Virus record (IMG/VR): IMGVR_UViG_3300017828_000005
Coordinates: 1-35,722 of that record
Length of the DNA: 35,722 nt
Strand: one strand, 5' to 3'
DNA from: a virus
Taxonomy: Duplodnaviria; Caudoviricetes
A program made the position numbers and the translations under genes. Of the stretch, positions 26,310-34,764 are shown piece by piece. Position 1 is the stretch's first letter. Every line of letters begins with the position of its first letter. A model generated the notes under the pieces. That model searched no databases, was not told the DNA's origin, and was given only the letters and a program-made list of their open reading frames with translations.

Positions 26310-28553
26310 TTAGCTATCTTGTTCTGAATCTCCATTTTCTTGCATTTGCTTTTCTGCAATTCTCTCATCTGATTCCATTTGTTTCTTCTCTGCTTCAATC
26401 TCCTTCCTGCTAATTTCAGCATCTTTTTCAGATTTTTCTTTTTCAACACCAGCATCAATACGTGCTTCCTCAAGATCTGCCTGATTATCAAGACGTGTTT
26501 GAAGAATTTCAGCCTCCATCTTCTGCTGTTCAAGCTCTCTCTCAGCCTGTTGTTGTGCCTTCTCTGCTCTCATTTGAGCCTGTCTAAGTTGTTGTCTTGT
26601 CTCTTCTGCATCTTTAAGCTTCTCCTTAACACTTTCCATAGACTGAGAATCAAGGATTTCTGCAATATCAGCAGGACTAGCAGCTTCATTTTGAAGCATT
26701 GCTTGTCCAAGTTCTTTAATCTGTCTAAGATTGACAACATCCTCTCTTGCATCAGACACATAGACTCCATATTCACTTTCCATATGCTGAATACCATCAA
26801 TTTCTACAATATCTTCTCCTTTATCTGGAAGCTTGTAGTTTGCACTCTTTCCATTTACCCATGCAAGCTTTGAGTAATCAAGAAGAGCCTGAAGTTCTTT
26901 CTCTTCAAATTCAGCATATCTAGCAAACATGTCCTCAGTCATTGCTGTTGATTGCTGAATAGCATGTTGCATATTTTCAACCTTTTCGTACTCATCAACC
27001 TGTCCTCTTCTCTGAGGATTAAGTCCAATAAGATCATATACTTCCTTCTTTGTATACTCAAGAAGTTCGATATACTGAGTAGCAGTTTTCATTGTAAGGT
27101 CAAGTACTTGCTGCTGATGAGGATTTGGCTGAATCCCCTCCTTCTGAAAGTCCTGCCAAGCAATTCCAGTAGCATCAATGTAATACATATATTTATCCAT
27201 ATCCCATCCATCAGGAATCATATTAATATCAAGCTGTGCAATCATATCTTTAGACTTTGCAACAGCATTTTCAAGTCTATACTTGAAGATATTATACATC
27301 AACTGATAGGGATATCCAAGGATCATGAGCGATACGTTTGGAGCATTTCTATCTGAATATTTTCTTCCATTAATAGGAAGCTTACATTTACTTGGATTAT
27401 CCATATCCCTTCTCTGAATAGGATGTGGCTCAATATCCACATAGATATTTTCATCAATTCTAGTCCCCTTCCAGACTTCGTTAATCCAATGCCATTCAAC
27501 AGTTAGATCATTTTCTTGCATTTCATAATCTTCTTCAACACGTTTCTTTTGTATTTGACCAAACTGATCTACGTATTCTACAATACCAATCTTTTTTCTG
27601 CTCTTCCAATAGCACTGAACAACCTCTACAAGTCTTGTGTGATGCTCATCATCCTCTGTATCTTCATAAATATCACTATATACAAGATAGTCCCCACTTC
27701 TATCTCTCTGAGGATCTTCAATTTGATCAATTTGCTCTGGAGTTAGAACATCATAGTATTCATCAACTACTTCACTAGGTTGTGCATATTTCCTAACTAC
27801 AGCCCAATCTCCATTTTCAACAAATTCTGTTTCTGGACTCTTATCATAGTCTACATAAAGAGGATTAAGTATCTCATATTTCACTTCATTAGAAACAACT
27901 TCTCTTCTACTTGCAACTTTTCCTGCAATAAGCCAATCTTTCCATCCCTCAATAAACTTTCTTTTTACATCTTCCTCCTGTTCAAGAATATTAAGAGCCT
28001 TTTGTCCTACAACTGCCCGATGGTCTCTATATTCATTTTCAAACTGTTCTTTAACTTCTTTTGGATCCGGTGGATCCTCTTTATCGGGCTGTTGACTTCT
28101 TGCAGGAGCTTCAAGTACACCTCTTTTTCTTAGCTCATCAGTAAAATTCTCCTGTAGGGCTTTTACAAGTTCTTCCTTCTTTCTTTGACTCTTTCTCGTC
28201 GCCACATCATCATTTTCAATAACAACCGAATAGTTCATCGGTCTCTTTCTCTTTTCACCTATTAGAAGATCTACAATAGGCTTTAAAATTGGATAATTGT
28301 GTAATTCAGCAGGAAAGTTCTCTCTTTTCTTTCCATAGGGTTTTAGGACATGAGAATAGTCCCCCTCCTCAATAACCCCATTATATAAATCATAAGCCTT
28401 TTCTACAAGATCATAGCTAGATCCTGGGATTTGAGAAAAGTAGGAAATATCATAAAATGCATCAATATTCTTCTTCTGCCACTCAAAATCCTTTTCAGAT
28501 CTTGGTAGGCGTTGTCTTGGAATATCTGAAGATGTATTTTTAAGTAGACTCAT
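26310..28553 (-). CDS. Portal protein
   Basis: PRQRLP..EK..EW, YDLYNG, FPAEL.NYPILKPIVDLLIGE, WINEVW.GTRI, KCKLP.NG, PYQLMYNI, and a coiled-coil C-terminus: crAss-type portal directly after TerL. Confidence 0.93.
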   Translation of the reverse strand: MSLLKNTSSDIPRQRLPRSEKDFEWQKKNIDAFYDISYFSQIPGSSYDLVEKAYDLYNGVIEEGDYSHVLKPYGKKRENFPAELHNYPILKPIVDLLIGEKRKRPMNYSVVIENDDVATRKSQRKKEELVKALQENFTDELRKRGVLEAPARSQQPDKEDPPDPKEVKEQFENEYRDHRAVVGQKALNILEQEEDVKRKFIEGWKDWLIAGKVASRREVVSNEVKYEILNPLYVDYDKSPETEFVENGDWAVVRKYAQPSEVVDEYYDVLTPEQIDQIEDPQRDRSGDYLVYSDIYEDTEDDEHHTRLVEVVQCYWKSRKKIGIVEYVDQFGQIQKKRVEEDYEMQENDLTVEWHWINEVWKGTRIDENIYVDIEPHPIQRRDMDNPSKCKLPINGRKYSDRNAPNVSLMILGYPYQLMYNIFKYRLENAVAKSKDMIAQLDINMIPDGWDMDKYMYYIDATGIAWQDFQKEGIQPNPHQQQVLDLTMKTATQYIELLEYTKKEVYDLIGLNPQRRGQVDEYEKVENMQHAIQQSTAMTEDMFARYAEFEEKELQALLDYSKLAWVNGKSANYKLPDKGEDIVEIDGIQHMESEYGVYVSDAREDVVNLRQIKELGQAMLQNEAASPADIAEILDSQSMESVKEKLKDAEETRQQLRQAQMRAEKAQQQAERELEQQKMEAEILQTRLDNQADLEEARIDAGVEKEKSEKDAEISRKEIEAEKKQMESDERIAEKQMQENGDSEQDS

Positions 28554-28556
28554 TCT

Positions 28557-31500
28557 TTATTTTGGGAACCAATTTCGATTAAAAAAGTCTCCATGTTGTT
28601 CTATAGGATCTTGCTCTTTCACAGCTTTTGATTCTAACTGTTTAAGATAATACATACCAATCATTAAAGCACTAACCCTATCAAAGTTTCCATCTTTATT
28701 GTAATTTGCAAGCTCTTTTAATAATGCAGGATCAAGAATTTTGTTCAGTACTAACTTGCGTTCTCCATCAGGTGATTTTGCATATTCCTCAAGTAGCCAA
28801 TCTCTTATATAAACTTCAGCCTGATTTTTATCAGATTTTGAGTTCATTCCCATCCCATATTTTCTAGTAGTTCTACTCCTCGTCCTTTGTCTACTTTCTT
28901 GAATATCAGGCTTTTCGTGTAGATACTGAAGTAGATTATTATTCTTTGCATACTCCATAACATTCCCTCTGTTATTCTCAAATGCAATCTTTGCATTATA
29001 GTATTCAGCAAGCATGAATAGATTTCTATTATAGTCATCCTGTCTTGCTGGTCTTCCTACATAGCTTGCTACTGGACAATTAGCATAACTAAGATCAATG
29101 GGATTCTTTCTCTTAATTACATAAGCAGCACCCAATGAAGATCCCTCTGGAGATCCATCATGAGCATAGGGGTCATGACAAATGAAATACATATTATTGG
29201 GTACTTTTCCATTTTCTCCCTCATAGGGACTTTGTTTGATAACGACACCTCCCCTTCTATCAGTATCCTTTGGAGTTGGAAACTTAAATATTGGATTAAC
29301 TGACTCGTCAAGATTAAATTCTATTTCTCCATCCTCTCCAGTTCTACTAAGCCTTCCGGCAGTGAGAGAATTGTGTAATCCCTTAGATATAACCTTAGAT
29401 AGTTGTGCATTAAGTTCACTAGTGGGTAGGATATTATTATCTACCCTCATGGTAGCTTCTCTGGGAGTAAAGGGAAACTGAGCTACATGTTTATTATATC
29501 CTCTAGGATCATCACCCTCTTGCTTCTTTTCTCTCTCCTGTTCTAAATACTCTCTTGCAGCATCTTTTTGAGATACTCCGTTGTCTTTAATAAAGCCCTC
29601 ATAGTTTACATAAGCAGGTACAAAAAATCCACATGTATTGCTTTCAGTACCCGTATCCCATTGGTTTTCAATAGGAAGTACATTATAGTTTTCTGGGTTA
29701 AAGAATAGTTCTTCAAGACCCTCATAATCTGCTCCTTCTGTACCTCCCGTCCCATAGGCGATCATCGTACCGGTTGTATACTTTCCCTGCTCATAAGAGG
29801 GTCTACAAGCTTCCCATGCCTCAATAAGACCAGGAAACTTCCCCGCCTCTTCAAAGAATCCTAGTTCACCACTCTTTCCTACAGCCTTTTCTGGATTATC
29901 CTTTAAAGATACCCCAATAATAGCATTCTTTTTTCCTTTTTCTACTTCAATACCTCTTTTCTTTTCCTTGTATCCAGCTACCTTCTTAAGCTTCTGATCT
30001 TTTAGTTTAGGTTGACCAAAAGGAGTATTTTCCTCCATAAAAGCAAGTTGATCCCATGTCTTACTAAATAATCCATCTCCTGTAAGATATTCACTATCAC
30101 TTACCATTGCATAATTCTTGGAATTTTCTCCAAGACAGAAGTTCCTAGCAAGCATTGAAGCACTTTTATAAGAATTATGTGTAACTACATAATTCTCACT
30201 TAAGTATAAACTATCTTCATTATTAACAGTTATGCAGGTTTGTTTTTCTTCATAACCCAAAGGCTCAATATTAACTATAGGTATTTTATTATAGTCATAT
30301 TCTCTATCATTTCTTATATTTTCTTGCTTCCTAGTTAGATTAAATATCTTTTCTTCAGTAGTTATACTTATACTCCAGTGCTTATTTTTAGAAAATGAAG
30401 ATTCATATGGATCTATTGCATCTGAAACCTTATATCTAATTCCTAATCCAGCTAAAAGTCTTACAATAGAGTCTTTAAGATCTTCTGATGATGTTGTGAA
30501 TTCTGCTGTACCGCCAGGAGAAGAAGTACCATCTGTATCCATCAGTCCCCTAAGCAAAGATTTCCTCTGTTCTATTGATGACATTAAGTATTCAGATGGA
30601 ATATATTTATTTAAACACCCTGTCCACTGATCTAACTTTTTTAGTTTTCTAATTAATGGATTTTTATGTTGATTTGGAGTAGTTATACTATAATGAATAC
30701 AATCTTCACTTCTAGAACTAACTGAATATTTTGAAGGTAGTCTATTTCTAACTTCATTAATCACCTCTTCATCTGAAGAACTAATCTTCAGACTACTTCT
30801 CTTTCCTCCTCCATCTCCCAAAAATACACCAAGAACATAGGGATCTATAGGTAAGTTCTTTTCCTCATATTTAATAGGTTTACAATTTCTTATATACCAA
30901 TGATAGTATTGATTATCTTTACCTTTATTATGAATTAAATCTGTATTATTCATCATATACTCAGTAGACACAGTCCTTTCGTTTCCCTTATAGTCAATAA
31001 CATTCCATAGATGATCTTTACTGCATTTTGCTGTTCTTCCATCCCTTAGTGTTACCTCTACTACTTCTTCTTTGCCCTGTGGATGAACTTCAGTTACTTG
31101 CGTCTCTTTTCCATCTGCTCCTAAAACACTATCTCCAACCTCTAGATCACCTATTTTTCTTTGACCATTGGGTGTCTCTACTAAATGACTATTGGGTTGT
31201 GCATACCCCTTCCTTCTTGACTTCAGCACTACCATATGATTCCCACCAGTAAGGTCCTTAATATTTATATCAAGATTAAGCTTTTCATACTTCTCAGGAG
31301 AGATACCATTTTTTGCTATATCTAGTGCCCAAAAATAATTATAGTCCCAATCATAGAATAGAGGAGGAGCCATTCTTTCACTAACATCACCAGTATCAGG
31401 ATCTTCAAATACTCTCTCAATGCGACCAAAATTGAGATAAAAGTAATGATATCCTGTAATTTCAAGATCTCCTACAGAATATCCCTCCTTACATCTCCTT

Positions 31501-31619
31501 TCCTGCTCCTCCCAATAGTCATAAAAACCTTTTGTGCCTTTAGGAGAGTCACAGTAATAGCCATTTTGTTCAAACTTAAGTCCTTCCTCTCTTAGTTGCC
31601 TTGTGTTTGCAAATCTCAT
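28557..31619 (-). CDS. terL: Terminase large subunit, intein-containing (about 677 aa after splicing)
   Basis: ITGYHYFYLNF, Walker A KSRRKGY/SYK, Walker B FFEEAGKFP, YGTGG, RNase-H-like nuclease motifs HDPY...SLGA, FENN and NFDRVSA. Confidence 0.95.
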   Translation of the reverse strand: MRFANTRQLREEGLKFEQNGYYCDSPKGTKGFYDYWEEQERRCKEGYSVGDLEITGYHYFYLNFGRIERVFEDPDTGDVSERMAPPLFYDWDYNYFWALDIAKNGISPEKYEKLNLDINIKDLTGGNHMVVLKSRRKGYAQPNSHLVETPNGQRKIGDLEVGDSVLGADGKETQVTEVHPQGKEEVVEVTLRDGRTAKCSKDHLWNVIDYKGNERTVSTEYMMNNTDLIHNKGKDNQYYHWYIRNCKPIKYEEKNLPIDPYVLGVFLGDGGGKRSSLKISSSDEEVINEVRNRLPSKYSVSSRSEDCIHYSITTPNQHKNPLIRKLKKLDQWTGCLNKYIPSEYLMSSIEQRKSLLRGLMDTDGTSSPGGTAEFTTSSEDLKDSIVRLLAGLGIRYKVSDAIDPYESSFSKNKHWSISITTEEKIFNLTRKQENIRNDREYDYNKIPIVNIEPLGYEEKQTCITVNNEDSLYLSENYVVTHNSYKSASMLARNFCLGENSKNYAMVSDSEYLTGDGLFSKTWDQLAFMEENTPFGQPKLKDQKLKKVAGYKEKKRGIEVEKGKKNAIIGVSLKDNPEKAVGKSGELGFFEEAGKFPGLIEAWEACRPSYEQGKYTTGTMIAYGTGGTEGADYEGLEELFFNPENYNVLPIENQWDTGTESNTCGFFVPAYVNYEGFIKDNGVSQKDAAREYLEQEREKKQEGDDPRGYNKHVAQFPFTPREATMRVDNNILPTSELNAQLSKVISKGLHNSLTAGRLSRTGEDGEIEFNLDESVNPIFKFPTPKDTDRRGGVVIKQSPYEGENGKVPNNMYFICHDPYAHDGSPEGSSLGAAYVIKRKNPIDLSYANCPVASYVGRPARQDDYNRNLFMLAEYYNAKIAFENNRGNVMEYAKNNNLLQYLHEKPDIQESRQRTRSRTTRKYGMGMNSKSDKNQAEVYIRDWLLEEYAKSPDGERKLVLNKILDPALLKELANYNKDGNFDRVSALMIGMYYLKQLESKAVKEQDPIEQHGDFFNRNWFPK
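30174..31202 (-). mobile_element. Intein (343 aa) with LAGLIDADG homing endonuclease inserted in the TerL Walker A motif; class 3 signature
   Basis: Begins AQPNSHLVETPNG (Ala140) and ends VVTHN|S. Block B CSKDHLW, block F QTCITV, and endonuclease motifs YVLGVFLGDG and LLRGLMDTDG are present. Confidence 0.92.
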
Positions 31620-31622
31620 ATA

Positions 31623-32156
31623 CTATTTATTCCACTTTGAAAGTTCAACACCGCCCCTAATATCACCACCAGTACCTTCTCCTTCTTCAACCTTGTCTCT
31701 AAGATCTCTTACACTATCAACAACAGAGTTTAGCTTTTCCATATTCCTTATATAGTCTTTAGTACTCCAAACAAGCTTTCCATTTTCATCTGTTTCTGTA
31801 GGATCAAAGGCATCAAGATAATCCATGAGAGAATATATAGAGTTTACAGCCTTATCAAGAAGCTTTTGTTCAGGTGTTCTTGTTAGTTCTACATATTTCT
31901 GTTCAGCTTCCTTAACAACATCTGGAATATCTGCTTCCTCATCTCCAAGGAGATCATTTTTTACTTCTTCTTTTCTCATTCCCTCCTCATAGTTTGAATA
32001 GGGAGATTCTGGATTATGAATATGATAAATATACCCCAGCATTACACGGGGATTATCACATTCATCTACAAGACTTTTAAACTCTGGAATTTGAAGTGCT
32101 GCTGGATGTGGTTGTGCTTGAATCTCATTATCAAGCTTCAAAAGATTACCGTGCAT
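31623..32156 (-). CDS. Putative terminase small subunit (conserved crAss gene upstream of TerL)
   Basis: Helical 177 aa protein with YIYH...SPY and a C-terminal IRGG motif, 3 nt upstream of terL. Confidence 0.5.
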   Translation of the reverse strand: MHGNLLKLDNEIQAQPHPAALQIPEFKSLVDECDNPRVMLGYIYHIHNPESPYSNYEEGMRKEEVKNDLLGDEEADIPDVVKEAEQKYVELTRTPEQKLLDKAVNSIYSLMDYLDAFDPTETDENGKLVWSTKDYIRNMEKLNSVVDSVRDLRDKVEEGEGTGGDIRGGVELSKWNK

Positions 32157-32667
32157 CCTGTGTTACTTGTTTTATACAAAATAGAATCTTTCCTAAATAG
32201 TTCTTAGCTAATGACAACTTATTGATAGAGTCCTCTATATGTGCTTCAATACGACCATTCTTATCAGTATCATTAACAATATTAATAAGTTCAAGCTTCA
32301 TTTCTTCAAGCACTTCCCTTAAATAGTCCAAAGAAGATACTTTATCTGAAAACTTAGGCATAGCAAATCTAGAATCAGTATCTACTGGATCTGGAATATG
32401 ATCTGTTTCTCCACACATTCTTTTAATAGAAGCTTCACGATATGGACTTCCTCCTGAAATGTATCTAAGACTGTTTCCAAGTTGCATTCTCCCTTCAGAC
32501 ATTTTAATCACTGCTCTATTAGCAAATTCTTCTGCTTCTCTCACAGTTGAATAATGCCCAGTCTTAAAACTTGGAATAAAGGAGTTTGTATTTTGTTCTA
32601 TTTCTTCTGTAATTTTATTTAATACTGCTCTGTAGTATTTGATTTGTTTTTCCAATGTCTCACTCAT
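32146..32667 (-). CDS. Tandem helical-hairpin protein resembling Acb2/Tad1-type nucleotide-sponge domains
   Basis: Two internal repeats, RAVIKMSEGRMQLGNSLRYI...SPY and DSINKLSLAKNYLGKILFCI, resembling the 'A.TKL.EA.MWLG' hairpin motif. Confidence 0.45.
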   Translation of the reverse strand: MSETLEKQIKYYRAVLNKITEEIEQNTNSFIPSFKTGHYSTVREAEEFANRAVIKMSEGRMQLGNSLRYISGGSPYREASIKRMCGETDHIPDPVDTDSRFAMPKFSDKVSSLDYLREVLEEMKLELINIVNDTDKNGRIEAHIEDSINKLSLAKNYLGKILFCIKQVTQDAR

Positions 32668-32908
32668 TAGATTTTTTAGCTGCTTTCTGTAGATGTTTTA
32701 TTCGTTCTTCTTTAGCATAAAACTGTCCGAAATACTGCAAACGGATCTTGGGAAAATCTCTTGTTTCTCTATCCCCACTAGCCATAAGATCAGCAGTTCT
32801 ATTAAATTGATGTTTTACTGCTTCTTCTACTCTGTGTCTAGGGATATCAGTTCTTTCCTCAATCTGTTTATATATCTTCTGTCTGTCTACTTTTCCTTGT
32901 GTTGCCAT
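32660..32908 (-). CDS. HU/IHF-like DNA-binding protein (crAss IHF_53-type)
   Basis: IYKQIEERTDIPRHRVEEAVKHQF...KIRLQYFGQF: HU helix-turn-helix followed by the I.L..FG.F strand. Confidence 0.75.
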   Translation of the reverse strand: MATQGKVDRQKIYKQIEERTDIPRHRVEEAVKHQFNRTADLMASGDRETRDFPKIRLQYFGQFYAKEERIKHLQKAAKKSNE

Positions 32909-33026
32909 CTAATTTATTAATTTGTTCTTTTTGACTTGAATCTACCCAATATAGTTTTACATCTCTAGTTTTTTCATCAGCCTCATAAATAAGGTCTTCA
33001 AGTTTATCAACTGTTAGTTTTTCCAT
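32868..33026 (-). CDS. Small hypothetical protein (52 aa; not in ORF track)
   Basis: MEKLTVDKLEDLIYEADEKTRDVKLYWVDSSQKEQINKLDGNTRKSRQTEDI; start overlaps the upstream stop as TAATG and fills the gap in the operon. Confidence 0.55.
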   Translation of the reverse strand: MEKLTVDKLEDLIYEADEKTRDVKLYWVDSSQKEQINKLDGNTRKSRQTEDI

Positions 33027-33361
33027 TATTTTAGCTCTATTTGAATTTTGTTATCATCTGTTGGAATAAGAATAGGATTGATTTTATACCCACTCTTAGT
33101 CTTTGAAATAGCTTGCTTATCCTTCAGTCTTTTGATATATGTATTAAGAGTATTAAAATCATCCCTATTAAGCCTTTCAGCAACTTTCTTTTTCATCTCT
33201 GTAGAGAATGCATTTTCATCTCTACTGTTCTTTTTTAGGGTCAAATAACACCTAATAAACTCTGTAAGTATGTTTACTTCAGACTTTGTAAGCTGAAATA
33301 AGCCATTAAAAAGCTCAACATAATCTCTAATACCGTTAACTGGGATTTGTATTCTCTTCAT
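33026..33361 (-). CDS. RepL/MarR-like winged-helix protein
   Basis: LTKSEVNIL...KKKVAERLN...TLNTYIKRLKDKQAI.K...YKINP: wHTH of the RepL-like family seen in crAss-like phages. Confidence 0.7.
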   Translation of the reverse strand: MKRIQIPVNGIRDYVELFNGLFQLTKSEVNILTEFIRCYLTLKKNSRDENAFSTEMKKKVAERLNRDDFNTLNTYIKRLKDKQAISKTKSGYKINPILIPTDDNKIQIELK

Positions 33362-33626
33362 CGTTTAGTTTTAGTTTGACTCTTCCATTAACAACTCTCA
33401 TTTCACACGAAGGATCATCAAGATCATTAAAAGCATCTTTGACTTTTCCAAATTCAGTAGTCTCATCATACCAAAAGGTAAGAAATAGCTCTATATTCTT
33501 AAGTACTTGATTATAAAACTCTATTGTATTCTTTAGTTTGTCTTTTTCTTCAATAAGGTCTTCAAGATCAGACTTGTTAACTAGAATAGGTGCAGAATCT
33601 ATATCTATTGCCATTTTTCTCTCCAC
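33336..33626 (-). CDS. Hypothetical protein (96 aa, coiled-coil)
   Basis: Operon-consistent ORF overlapping both neighbours. Confidence 0.6.
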   Translation of the reverse strand: MERKMAIDIDSAPILVNKSDLEDLIEEKDKLKNTIEFYNQVLKNIELFLTFWYDETTEFGKVKDAFNDLDDPSCEMRVVNGRVKLKLNDEENTNPS

Positions 33627-33898
33627 TCTTGATCTTTATTATGAATCTCTTCTCGACTCTCTTCTGCTCTAACAACTCCTCCACCTTTTAAGAATAATAG
33701 ACTTCCTTTACCCTGTTCAAATGGCTGTACCATAATAATATTATCTGGATTAGTAGAGACTACAAGTGATTTGATATTATCTTCATCATAATGTTGATTA
33801 TGTCCTTCGAGTTCTAAGTCTAGGTCTTCAATTGTCTCTTCTTGTTGAGAACTAGACTCTTCATCATCGTATTCAGTAAATAAATGAATTTCAATCAT
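33605..33898 (-). CDS. Hypothetical protein, FlbD/SwrD-like small beta domain with acidic insertion
   Basis: MIEI...NPDNIIMVQP....SLLFLKGG.VVRAEESREEI resembles the FlbD pattern; first gene of the minus-strand unit. Confidence 0.4.
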   Translation of the reverse strand: MIEIHLFTEYDDEESSSQQEETIEDLDLELEGHNQHYDEDNIKSLVVSTNPDNIIMVQPFEQGKGSLLFLKGGGVVRAEESREEIHNKDQEWREKWQ

Positions 33899-34149
33899 AT
33901 TAGATTTATTTATATTACTAAGAAAATGAGTGTAGATGTATAACAGTCCTTGAAATAGGTTGTTTCGAGTGAAATAAAACTCAAAAAATTGAGGTAATAA
34001 TGTATTCGAGGACCACCCCTACAAAGGACCCCCGCTTAGTTCTGGGCATTCGAGTGCCCCCGGTGCTATCTTTCTGAGTTAGAGTCATTTGACCTAACTC
34101 ATCCCTATTAGCACCGCAATTATCTTATCATAAGATACACGCTTGACTT
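33899..34149. promoter_or_regulatory. Divergent strand-switch intergenic region with clustered hairpins (promoters/origin/terminus candidate)
   Basis: Inverted repeats at 34044-34059, 34061-34116 and 34121-34137, plus C-rich boxes GACCACCCCT and GGACCCCCG, between head-to-head genes. Confidence 0.6.
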
Positions 34150-34647
34150 ATGCTTTTAAATGCGGAAGACTTTTTCAAGCGCACCAGCTTTGTCAGCCAG
34201 AGTGATGAGTCTGATCTGGAAAATGGTCAGACGAAGACTGCTGTTGCTCGCGTCAATGCCACTGGTTATTGGGATGAGCTTGAGACTGAAGAGTTTATTG
34301 CAGTCTCTCTCATGCTTGCCAGTAGTGCTCCTGATCTTAAGGAGCTTGTGAAGCCTCATGATGGTGAGGCTGTCATTGATACGGATGATCTTCGTAACAG
34401 TGACATTCCTTCGTTGATGGTGAGTAATAACCGTCAGCAGGATGTTGTCATCGTGAGTGAAGAGCAGTTTGCTGATATTTCACCAGGAGACACGGTGAAG
34501 GTGGAATTCAGCCTCAACACTGATGAGCAGGGCAATCGACACCTCAATGGACGACGCATTGAGCGTATTCAGCCTGAAGAGGTTGATTACGAACGTGTTG
34601 AGTTTACTCCTGAAGAAGTTGGTGCTGTCGAAGCTCCTGAAGCGTAG
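34150..34647 (+). CDS. Acidic early protein, possible OB-fold/ssDNA-binding
   Basis: 165 aa; ISPGDTVKVEF...GNRHLNGRRIERI resembles OB-fold strands; acidic tail; distinctly GC-richer codons; own terminator. Confidence 0.5.
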   Translation: MLLNAEDFFKRTSFVSQSDESDLENGQTKTAVARVNATGYWDELETEEFIAVSLMLASSAPDLKELVKPHDGEAVIDTDDLRNSDIPSLMVSNNRQQDVVIVSEEQFADISPGDTVKVEFSLNTDEQGNRHLNGRRIERIQPEEVDYERVEFTPEEVGAVEAPEA

Positions 34648-34661
34648 GAGTAAATTCAAAT

Positions 34662-34712
34662 AAGCAGAGTCAATCAGTGAAGATTTACTGGTTGGCTCTG
34701 CTTTTACTTTTT
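34662..34712 (+). terminator. Rho-independent terminator
   Basis: AAGCAGAGTCAATCAGTGA-AGAT-TTACTGGTTGGCTCTGCTT stem with three G-U pairs (valid only on the + strand), followed by TTACTTTTT. Confidence 0.8.
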
Positions 34713-34764
34713 AATTAGTTTAGAAAAACTCTGCTTTTCACTCTTGTATTACCTGAATTAAATT

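Noticed and set aside
191-33248. Numerous 60-165 aa plus-strand and alternate-frame ORFs in the track (e.g. 2821..3144, 24522..24998, 26379..26873, 26952..27356)
   Set aside because: They lie antisense to or inside long, motif-bearing minus-strand genes and have the L/S/F/I-rich composition expected of shadow frames of acidic proteins.
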